This document shows, piece by piece, positions 38,905-49,700 of a DNA stretch of 64,000 nt. Source of the DNA: Azolla caroliniana (Eukaryota; Plantae; Polypodiophyta); the NCBI GenBank assembly GCA_043228905.1, contig JBHGNT010000014.1, positions 3,100,001 to 3,164,000 on the forward strand, in the 5' to 3' direction. Made by a program: the position numbers and the translations under genes. The notes beneath the pieces were generated by a model that saw only the letters and a program-made list of their open reading frames with translations, searched no databases and was not told the origin of the DNA. Each line of letters starts with the position of its first letter. Position 1 is the stretch's first letter.

Positions 38905-41478
38905 TGTCATGGACACACCAACCGCGGAGCTATAAGTGACGAGGCTAGAAACTCGGGAAGTTGGGGGCGACGAGGTGAGGAACTTAAGAAGCTACGCACG
39001 ACACAAGAGCATGAAGACAAAGATAAAGATCAAGGAGACAAGATGGCGAAATTCTAATACTAGATTGATGTGTGAATGATTGGTGTTGAATCCCTTGAAA
39101 GGGACCAAGGAGGTTACAAGTATTTATATTGTTAGTTGAAGTACATGCATTAGAATATTCTTAAGAATATTTTGGAGAATATTCTAGAGCCCTCTAGAAC
39201 CATCTAGTTTTAGAACTTTCTAAAAAACTCCTAGAATGTGAATAGACCATCTATGATGATATATATAACACGATTATGTACTTGGATGTGTTGGTTACAA
39301 TATAACACTTGACTATAATACAAGAGGTCAAGAGTTCAAATCTTGACATAATTGTCATCATGTTTGTGACATTATCCTCCCCTTTACGATTGCTTTTTTG
39401 AAAGCACAGTGTAGGGGTGAACGAGAAGTGGTGGGTGTGAGAAACCATGTGTTGTCCTCACTGGAAACACGAACACCAACTGACGTGAGTGACAATGTGT
39501 GGTCCTCACCGGGAATTGGAACTGGAACAAGAATACCAACGGGCATGAGTGACCATGTGCGGTCCTCACAGGGAACTCGAACACCAACGGGCATGAGAGA
39601 CCATGTTGGTCCTCGCCGAGAGCTGGAACACGAACACCAACAGGCTTGAGCAACCATGTGTGGTCCTCATCGGAATTGGATCATGAACAACAACAGGCAT
39701 GAGCGACCATGTTGGTCCACGTCGGGATCTGGAACACGAACAATAGTTGGAGTGAGCGATCATGTGCGGTCCTCACCGGAGACTAGAACACGAATACCAA
39801 TGGGCGTGAGCGACCATGTGTGGTCCTCACAGAGAACACGAACACCAACGGGCATGAGAGACCATGTCGGTCCTCGTCGAGAGTTGGAACATGAACACCA
39901 ATGAGCATGAGCAACCATGTGTGGTCCTCACCGAGATCTAGAACATGAACAACAACGGGCATGAGCGACCATGTCGGTCCTCACCAGGATTTGGAACACG
40001 AACAATAGCCGGAGTGAGCGACCATGTGTGGTCTTCACTAGAGACTGGAACACGAATGGGAGTGAGCGACCATGTGTGGCCCTCATCGGGAATTGGAATG
40101 CGAGCAACCATGTGCGGTCCTCACAGGGAACACGAACACCAACGAACATGAGAGACCATGTCGATCCTTGTCAAGACTTGGAACACGGACACCAACAGGT
40201 GTGAGTGACCATGTGTGGTCCTCACAGGGAATTGGAACATGAACAATAGCGGGCATGAGCGACCATGTTGGTCCTCGCCGGGATCTGGAACACAAACAAT
40301 AGCTAGAGTGAGCAACCATGTGTGGTCCTCACCGGAGACTGGAACACGAACAGGAGTGAGTGACCATGTGTGGCCCTCATCGGGAACTGGAACACGAATG
40401 GGCGTGAGTGACCATGCGACCCTCTCACCGAGAACTGGAACACAAACGAGTGTGAGCGTGACCATGCGGCCCTCATCGAGAACTGAACACAAATGGACAA
40501 AGGAGTGCAAGTGAAGCAATCGACTCGACTTCTTCTATTATGAGAGGGTAAATAGTCGAGGTTGACCCATGACACAGCACAAATGGTAGCACTAGCGAGA
40601 AACCCACGCGATCCCACCAAGAAAGTGAGCGGTTGTGACCCCCACTGAAACTAGAAGGTGAGTGATCGAAATCGGTCCTCGCCAACAGAAAGTGGCGTGA
40701 GACTTGAACTATAACGAGAATGCAATGCAAGCGAGCAATGATCCGATCCCCACCAGGAAAGTGAGCGGTCATGACCCCCACTGGAACTAGGAAGGTGAGC
40801 GATCAAAAGCACTCCTCACCAAAACCGTGATGCAAAATGATACCTAAAAATGATGACAAGTAGTGTTGATGACGACAATGATTGGACGAAGAGGTGTTGA
40901 AAATGATGACGTCGAAGACAAGGATGTTGATGACGGTAACTCTAGAAACAAAGGCGATGAAGAAGACGGGTGGTGCTTCTAGTTGGAAGGGATTCAAACT
41001 GTCACGAACACACCAACCATGGACTAGGACAGAGCACGGATGATGGGGCTATAAGCAACGGGCTACGAACTTGGAGCTAGAAGTGACAAGGCTAGAAACG
41101 AGACAAAGATAGCATTCAAGGAGACAAGATGAGGCTAGAAACTAGGGAAGTTGGGAGCAACGAGGTGAGGAACTTAAGACTCTAGGAACAATACAAGAGC
41201 ATAAAGACACAGAGATGTAAATCAAGGAGAGAAGATGGGGCTCAACAAGAATACTAGATTGATGTGTTAGTGACTGGTGTTGAATCCCTTCAAAGGGACC
41301 AAGGAGGTTACAAGTATACTGTGAGTTGAAGTACATGCATTAGAATATTCTTGAGAATATTTTGGATATACATAACATGATTATGTACTTGGATGTGTTG
41401 TTTACAATATAACAATTGACTATAATACAAGAGGTCAAGGGGTCAAATCTTGACATAACTGTTGGCATGTCTGTGGCA
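38905..41478 (-). mobile_element. Non-coding LTR retroelement (TRIM/LARD-like). LTRs 38905-39371 and 41000-41478, PPT 39372-39385, internal minisatellite
   Basis: The two diverged LTRs both start TGTCA(T/C)G(G/A)ACACACCAACC and end GTG(A/G)CA. TSD TCAAG/TTAAG. PPT AAAGGGGAGGATAA on the minus strand. No retroviral protein motifs were seen. Confidence 0.88.
39435..40490. repeat. Minisatellite of ~21 units of ~40-60 bp with higher-order structure
   Basis: Consensus GAGCGACCATGTGTGGTCCTCACCGGGAACTGGAACACGAACACCAACGGGCAT. The variant GAGAGACCATGT(T/C)G recurs at ~39595, 39856 and 40150. Confidence 0.92.
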
Positions 41479-41637
41479 TTAAGCCTATTGGCAATTCAAC
41501 ATGTTCCACTACTCATGTAGTGTACTTAGTGGGTGACAATAACCCATTGTAAGTAGTTTTTTTTACACACATTTATTAATATAATTATGTGTTTTCACCA
41601 AAAGACACACACACACACACACACAAAAAAAAAAAAA
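41479..41637 (+). mobile_element. L1 3' UTR and poly(A) tail
   Basis: Continues the L1 after the 38905-41478 insertion and ends in (CA)n followed by an A-run at ~41625-41637. Confidence 0.65.
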
Positions 41638-42987
41638 CTATAATATTTTTCATGATATATGTGTGAGTGTGAGCAACATTGGTAAAAGGAGCATAGTCCA
41701 ATGTGATCCTTCTCAAAGTGCATACACCCATCTCCATCCAAGGTCTTGTCCTTATCTGCTTCAAAGCACCTGTTTATTGGAATGTTGTTGAGGAAAGGCA
41801 TGGTGATGTTGGCTGATTGCTCAACAACAACTTCTAGGTAGTAGGAATACAAACAAGTGAGGAGGGGGAGTTCACTAAAATCTAATTCCCAATAGATTGG
41901 TCATTTAACCAAGATTCTCGTCCATCTCCTCGATCAATGGTTGGTATTGCTCCACCATGTCGGTGTAGAATTGTGAAGCATTGAACCTTCTACATACAAT
42001 TCCCTTCAAGTGTTCAACGATGTGGAAGACCTGCGGGAGTTGTTGGTGGAGCATGAGGTATGCAAATGAGTGGTTGAATGGGAGGGCTTTGCTTAATACA
42101 GAGTTGGTGAGCTCCTACTTGGTGTGTGTGTGTGTGTGTGTGCGCGTGCGCACGCACGCATGTTGGTTGGGGGAGTGTTGGAGTATGAGGGTGGGGGCGG
42201 GGGATGGGAGACCAAAAGGTGTGGAGGGGTAGGGGGTATTGGGAAATCATGTTGGGTGGGTGGGGTATTGTTAGGGCAAGTGGAGATGTGTGTGTTTGGG
42301 GTGGTTGTGGGGAGTTGGTCGATGGGTGGTGGTGGTGGTGGTGGTAAGGGAGGTTGTGGCGATTGTGAAGGGGGTGGGAGTGGTGGAGATTGCGGAGGAG
42401 GAGGTGGTGGTTGCTCATCCTCGTTATCAGAATCATTCTCCCAATCTTGAGGAGTGGCCATTGCTTGATGATGGCGGCGGTCGGTTGATAGCTCACACAT
42501 ATGCTTCCTCAAAGGCCATGGTTCAATATTTTTAAATTTTTTATTAAGGCTTAACTAGAGTCTTATTTGAGAGTTAACATGATCGAGTGTAACTGAGAGT
42601 TCATAAGGTTAGGGTTGTGAGACTAAAGGCTCGTAGGAAATTTACAACCACTCTCGTGTAGTTTAAAAAAAAGGTATATGGTGGTCTGAGTACATTGGCT
42701 AACAATATTGACATGTAGGGAAACTCCACCGACACGTAGACATGCTCTCAATGTTGCAAGTCGTGAGACTAACGAGGGTTGTGGCTAAAAACCATACATA
42801 AACATAAATGGGCTATATCAAATTGAAGTATGTTTAGAGTTGTTATAAGAAAACACTAATAAGGTAGCGAAGTTGACCACACGAATGAAGATTCAATGGG
42901 AACGCGAGTCCCATCCCGTCCCTGAGAACACATCACATAAGGAAAGGTTCCCCACCCCAGGGGAACCGGAGAGGGCCCTGAAGGGAG

Positions 42988-43547
42988 GTATTGTTCCCAT
43001 TTTGTAGGCTTCTTCACCACATGGGATTGAAGCATATCCGTAATAACTTTATTGACTCATTTAGTTTGATGATTAGAGAAACTCTTGCTTAAAGTAGTTT
43101 CCAACTTTTTAAAGACTTGAGTTCACAAATCTCTAGTAAACTCAAAATCTCTACCACTAACTACACCCATTGGTAACTTGTTTTCGTGAGAAACTCGTGC
43201 ATACATGTGAAAGTGAGTGGAACCAATGGGGACATGAAATAGGGAATATGGCTTTGTAGATGGTAATGTATTGTTCCCATTTTGTAGGCTTCTTCACCAC
43301 ATGGGCTTGAAGCATATCCGTAATAACTTTATTGACTCATTTAGTTTGATGATTAAAGAAACTCTTGCTTAAAGTAGTTTCCAACTTTTTAAGGACTTGA
43401 GTCTACAAATCTCTAGTAAACTCAAAATCTCTACCACTAACTACACCCATTGGTAACTTGTTTTCGTGAGAAACTCGTGCATACATGTGAAAGTGAGTGG
43501 AACCAATGGGGACATGAACTAGGGAATATGGCTTTGTAGATGGTAAT
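42988..43547. repeat. Near-perfect 280-bp tandem duplication
   Basis: GTATTGTTCCCATTTTGTAGGCTTCTTCACCACATGGG...GGCTTTGTAGATGGTAATGT occurs at 42988 and 43268 with a handful of substitutions. Confidence 0.93.
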
Positions 43548-44337
43548 GTCTTGGAATGGTTGCAGTTGATGATACTTTGATGACACCTATTTTCTTTTGT
43601 TTGGCATGGATGCCTAGGGAATTTGTAGTAGTTTGCTCTTGAATGTGTAATGTGGTTCGGCTTGGTAAATATGCGAACTATATTATGTGGGTGTGTAAGA
43701 GAACCATGTGAGCTTGGACATGTTAAAGTGATTGTGATTTAGTTCTATGGAATGGGTATGTGCTTGTTGTAAATAGTTTGTGAATTTATGCATATATGTG
43801 CATCCATGTTTATATTTGTTACGCATAAATGTGTTCATATACGTATCTATGTGTATGTGTAAAGTTTTGTTGTGTGGATATTTATGTGTATATGTACATA
43901 TGTGTATGTTGTATAAGTGTAAGTGTATGTGTCTATGTGTATGTATAATGTGAGTATGAGTATGTATGTCCTCTTGTATACTTGTGATTGTAACTATGAC
44001 AATGAAGTAAATGAGAGAAAAAATTGACAACAACCTTTCACATGGCACCTCATGATTGGATATCAACAATGGAATCTTTCAAGATATAGGATGTTCAACC
44101 ATTGCAAATTCAATGTCGACACATTGGCCAATTCAAGTCGGCTACAATTGAGATGCCATTTATTACTTTCTTCCAAAAGGATCTTGTTATAATATGGCGA
44201 GAGATGAGATTAACTTATCAACGAGTGCCATGTGGGCCTTCCCAATAATCTAATACTCTTCTCAAGGGAAAGTCTTCCTTGTAAGAGATTACAATGCGAG
44301 AATCCAATATCGATAGTGCACAAACATTTAGATGGAT

Positions 44338-44605
44338 TGTTGAGACTCAAAGTCAACTTCCCTAGTGTGGGAACACACCTTAGAAATAGCCAAGTGTGAA
44401 CATCCCACCGCTTTGTAACATAACTAATGTGTCATAGAACTTAACTTCTATGGCATATAGTTAGGAGGTAGGTAGTTAGGTCCCCACCTCTTTCCCAAGA
44501 GGTAGTAAGAGAGTGTGGAGAGAAGGTGACCATATAAGCACCTTCTTCTCTCCTTTGTAACTCTTGGTTGTTTTATTTTTCTTGTCAATACAGTTTTCTT
44601 GCTTC

Positions 44606-44676
<71 letters not shown>

Positions 44677-44717
44677 TTTCATTCAGCTGCACATAATCAT
44701 ACACTTGATTCTTTACA
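44338..44717 (+). mobile_element. Solo LTR of the Copia family seen at 32360
   Basis: TGTTGAGACTC...TTCTTTACA. Shares AACTA(A)TGTGTCATAGAA and GGTGACC.TATA.AAGCACC with the 32360 LTR. TSD TGGAT/TTGAT. Internal (CT)n(CA)n. Confidence 0.8.
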
Positions 44718-44999
44718 TTGATAAAAATCTAGAAATGATGAGTGTTGATCCATTAGCTATAGGATAACATGTATATTGAAAGACCAAGGTGTGGGAGCCA
44801 CAAGCTTTGGCCATCATCTGCTTAAACTTTTGAGCAGGCACTAGGTGATCATATAATGGTTTTGCAAGGTGGCCGTGTTCAGAAGTGATCACATGTTTCA
44901 CACATGGAGGAGGTGAAAACACAATCAATTATCTAATAGGACGACCTAAAGATATCCACTTGATTAGCTCCTTTTGGATGTTCTCATGCCCTATTGGCA

Positions 45000-45660
45000 T
45001 CGACCATAGCTTCCTATTTATTGAGCTATAGAGTGATATCTCTAACGCCACCAACTCTGGTAAACTAGGCCATCACCCCATCATACACATCACATGTGAG
45101 CTCTCAAACATCTATTCTCGACATCTTTGAGCCCATCTCTCCTCTCTTGATTTAACATAGAAATTACAACATAGAAAGTCCATGCATCACATAGGGTTGC
45201 GAGCTCAACACATCATATATGCCCGAGAGGGCCTAACTCCATTTCTCACTCTACCCTTTAATTGTGCCCTCACAGAGGGTTTTCCATGACAATGGTCCAT
45301 GAACACAATATCCCCTATACATAAAGGATGTGACCCCATGGACCAAAATACGTATAAGACTATTATGATTGGCCACATGCTCACTAAACTATATGTTGCG
45401 ATGATGAAGCAAAGCTCAATGATTATATGGAGACATTAAGTCTTCGAGCATCCGAATAGCCTGACTTTTCTTAGTTGATCATATATTCAAACCGAGATGC
45501 TCAACTAACGAGACTAATGCTTGCAAACGGAAATTATACGATTGTTTTGTGAACTTTCACAAAGCCTATGACACAGTCCCTAGAGAGCGGTTGTTTGACT
45601 AGCTTAAAAGCTTGGAAATACCATATGACATGATTTGGGCGATCTATGCCTTATATAAGC
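45000..45660 (+). mobile_element. Decayed LINE RT fragment related to the 13.2-15.0 kb family
   Basis: PIHKGCDPMDQNTYKTIMIGHMLTKLY and CFVNFHKAYDTVPRERLFD*LKSLEIP at ~45310-45630. Boundaries are approximate. Confidence 0.7.
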
Positions 45661-46084
45661 CACCTTCGAATACCTGGCTTCAAAGTCACTCGTTGTTGTA
45701 TAGTAGATGTTAAGAAGATAAGTTATGGTCGGGATATCATTTACATGGAGACCATGGGCCACACCCACATCGAAACCCTTCTAACCCTCTGCTCCTTTTT
45801 CCAGAGACTTGATTGGAAATGAAACTAGCCTTAGCACATAGCCATTCCTTTATAGAAGCTCAAATTGGGTAAGGAGGCTCAAGGCTAAACCGAACCGAAC
45901 CGCCGAACATTTAAACAACGGTTTAATGGTTCGGTTTAGGCTTGAGCCAAGCCGTTGCCGATTCCTAAAACTTGAATCATTCCTTTATAGAACATGATAC
46001 ACCCCAATGCCCATCACACTTTCATACCACGCGGGGATGGACGGCCTTCCGCGTCCAAATGTGAAACGGCTGGGATGGCTACGG

Positions 46085-46257
46085 ACCGTCGGATGGGAGG
46101 TGTTGATCCGACGGTGTGGGCTGCGCCTGTGTGTGAGAGAGAGAGGGAGAGATTAGGGTTTAGGTTTTTCTCTCTCCTCTGTGTGTGTGTGTATGTATTC
46201 GCGAAGCTCTCTTCTCTGCGTCTCTTTCTGCTCTTCCGCTGCGAGGAATTAGGGTTT
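46085..46257 (+). promoter_or_regulatory. RPL12 proximal promoter/5' UTR with two telo-boxes and an ACCGTCGGAT/ATCCGACGGT inverted pair
   Basis: ATTAGGGTTT (reverse of AAACCCTAAT) at 46152 and 46248. Telo-boxes are typical of plant ribosomal protein genes. The inverted 10-mer lies at 46085-46094 and 46106-46115. Confidence 0.6.
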
Positions 46258-46297
46258 CCGCTCCTGACAGACTCAGACTCAGACTCAGGCCATAGCC

Positions 46298-46798
46298 ATG
46301 CCTCCCAAGCTCGATCCCTCGCAGGTTGTGGAGGTGTACGTCCGCGTGACAGGCGGCGAGGTCGGCGCTGCCTCCTCTCTCGCCCCGAAGATCGGCCCCC
46401 TCGGCCTCTCCCCGAAGAAGATCGGTGAAGACATCGCCAAGGAAACTGCCAGAGACTGGAAGGGTCTCCGCGTCACTGTGAAGCTCACTGTGCAGAACCG
46501 ACAGGCCAAGGTCGCCGTCGTCCCCAGCGCCGCCGCTCTTGTCATCAAAGCCCTCAAGGAGCCTGAGCGCGATCGTAAGAAGACCAAGAACATCAAGCAC
46601 AATGGCAACATCTCCATCGACGACGTCGTCGAGATCGCCCGCGTCATGAGGCCCCGATCCATGGCTAAGAACCTCGCCGGCACTGTCAAGGAGATTCTGG
46701 GGACTTGCGTTTCTGTAGGTTGTACTGTCGATGGCAAAGACCCTAAAGATCTGCAGACTGAGATCGATGATGGAGAAGTTGACATACCTGAGAATTGA
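46298..46798 (+). CDS. RPL12: 60S ribosomal protein L12 (uL11), single exon, 166 aa
   Basis: [48 protein letters not shown]...[20 protein letters not shown] is a complete, intact ORF. Confidence 0.98.
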   Translation: MPPKLDPSQVVEVYVRVTGGEVGAASSLAPKIGPLGLSPKKIGEDIAKETARDWKGLRVTVKLTVQNRQAKVAVVPSAAALVIKALKEPERDRKKTKNIKHNGNISIDDVVEIARVMRPRSMAKNLAGTVKEILGTCVSVGCTVDGKDPKDLQTEIDDGEVDIPEN

Positions 46799-49700
46799 TG
46801 GTAGTCACCTAGAGAGAGAATTGACGAATCTTAATTATGCCAGCATGTGTTCAGACTCTGCAGTTGGGGAGTGTTTCTGCAGAATTTCCCTGCCCCACTT
46901 CCTCCTTTTTTTTACTCACAACTCTGGTGTAAGTTATCGTTTCTGATATGTTTCTCTTTTTTTTCCTTTTTATTTTGAGCTTAAGAGTTATGATGAGTTC
47001 AGATAGTTTTGAAATCTCCGGCTCTCCTTGGACTGTTTTGTTTTTCCCTCTTATTAATGATGACTATGTATTGGCTCCTGTTTAATTGGTTTGTGGATTG
47101 TAGAATCAGAATATTTCTGCCCTTGTTGAGTTGAAATTGATGTGTTTGTTATTTTCTTTCAGTTCCAATGTTTGGTTTGCGAGTGGAGTATTCTCACTCC
47201 ATGAATTACTCCTGAATTTATTTTCTTGAACGAGATTGGTACTAAATTTATGTAGGCAAGTGTGGTTTCTCAACATGTGTTTGAGTGTCTTATTTGAGTT
47301 ATGTGACCAGGGTATGATACCATCTTCATATTTGAAAGCTGTTATATGATTTAAGTTTTAACATTTACATGTTATATTCTGGGCATTCATAGAAGCATGG
47401 AACACCACCGGTTTAAATATTGAGATACCCTTACTCTGATCTGCCAGGGCTCATTGTTAAAAATAGGCTCTTAACTAAAATGTCAACAAGAACATACTTG
47501 TGTAATGTGTGATTTCTATGTTTATTTGGTTTCTTTAGATGAAGTCTATAGTCTATTAGGTAAATGGTAGTTTGAAAACTGATTGCAGTTTGTAACTCGA
47601 CCTCCAAGAATGGAAACTTATATTGGAACCTTTTTCTAATCTATTGGTTTGGTGGTTTACTTATGACTTATATGAGCTAGCCATATTAATGCAAAAATTG
47701 TTACTGTGGATGATTAACTAGCCCTAACTAACCCATAGATCATAAGACACACATTCAGAATGAGTGCCTTGTGCATTGTTTGTTATTTCATTAATTTTTG
47801 AGTTAAATAGCTTGCGAGTGTGGGACAACTCTGCTGTAGATATAGAGGAAGGAGCTCCTCTCTCCACTCTGATTCGGGGTAAAAGAGGTATCAAGAGAAG
47901 AGAGAATAAGTTAATATAAGCATTTGATTGAGTAACGTGTTTTTCATGCCATAGTAAAGGTATTTCTTTGATTCCGCTGCCTTGGAGAAGCAAAGTCTAT
48001 TCCTATTTATATGTTTGTTGGATGTTCTTCCAATTAATGGTGCACAACATCGCGAAGACCCTAGAGCAATCCTACTCTCAACATGGACATGTTCATTCAT
48101 CAAAGGAGTTCTAGTGGAAGTGCATCTCGTTTACGTAAATTTCTTATGCTTGGGATAAAACTTTTGATTACAACTTATTATAATAGATTCTACTTGACAT
48201 TATGTTTTTGAGAATATTTTAATCATCGTGATAGTTAAAATCAATTGTTTGATATTAGCTTCTTCCAAATTACATGCCAAATTCATTGTGGACATCCCAA
48301 GGGCATTCTACTTCAAACATACTCTCATTGAAATCTCATATGATTTAGTCTTTCAATTGCATGAAAGAGAATCTAAACCTGTATTGAGATTTAGATGACA
48401 TCATACAAGAGAACGCTTGAATGGGCTTGGATTAGAGGATGCAGAATAGTGCACAATTGATTGATAATGATGAGGATTGGGGGAATGGGTGAGAGGATCT
48501 CATTGGTAGGATTTGGGCTCAAGGAATCAGATGAGTGAAGTTGGATGGGTATCAGATTGATGTCCACACCCATTCACGCGTCCTCTTGTATGATGTCCTC
48601 TAAATACCAATCTAGGTTTAGATTCTCTATTGTGCAATTGAAAGACTAAAATGGGTGAGAGGATCTCATTGGTAGGATTTGGGCTCGAGAAATCAGATGA
48701 GTGAAGTTGGATGGTTGTCATATTGATTGAGGGACAACGATTGCCTATGAGATCGAGCAAACCATAGATCTAATGCACATTATGGAGGAGATAATGGTGA
48801 ATTGTCAGATGGAATTTATACTAGGTGTTTTTAGGACAGTGAAAGGTATGATGGCATTGTGGACCTCATGAAACAGAAGAGGCACTCCTTCATGCTTATA
48901 TAGCTTCCTCCATACACCAATTATAGGAGGCTCACGAGGCCAATGCACATCACATCAAACAAATCCCATTCATTGGTGCTACTATTATGGTCTTATAGAC
49001 ACAAGTTAGCTTCCTCACAACTAATATCACACAAAAAGATGCGCTCTTCTCTATACGTACTTGTGGTGCATCTCACCGATCCTGCCCCATCTCCATTCAT
49101 TATCATCCTTAATGCCAACACCTTGATTTTTTGTGTTCATGCCTCCTCGAGCTTGTTAGAAATCTTTATTGCCCCTCACACTCCTACACCATTTTGGACT
49201 TTATGCTATAGTATAAATTCATGTGCGCATGTGAATGTTGAGTGGGACTACCAAGGACTTGAACCATGGAAGATGCCTTCGGTGATGGTGTTATTGATGA
49301 ACGGTTGTGGGAGATGATATTTAATTAATGTGGAGTTATCCCTTTTTGTTTGGTGTGGGTGCAATTGTAGGCACAATGTGTATGCAGGAAAATATGATGT
49401 TGTCGCCCTTCCTTGTGGAATATGGTTAGGTTGGTGAATACATGTGCCAAAATATATAGATGCACATGGTAGTTCATTTTATACATGAGTGCTATTGTGT
49501 GAATGGCCTACATGCATTTGTGCTTTATGTGTATGTGTTGATCAATTGTTTTTATGTGTGGAAGTGTGTGTGTGATTATTTGTTTGCATGCATATGTGTA
49601 TGTCCGTGTAGTCATGTGTAAGTATGTGTTGATCGTGTGCGGATATGTGTAAAAGATGTGTAGTCACAGGAATATTTTGTTTTGTGCGTGTAAATGGGTG

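Noticed and set aside
46160-46785. Long antisense ORFs over RPL12
   Set aside because: These are shadow ORFs caused by GC-rich codon usage of the sense gene.
46298-46798. RPL12 as a processed retrocopy
   Set aside because: The ORF is intact, has telo-box promoter elements, and shows no poly(A) or TSD. Plant RPL12 coding regions are commonly intronless.
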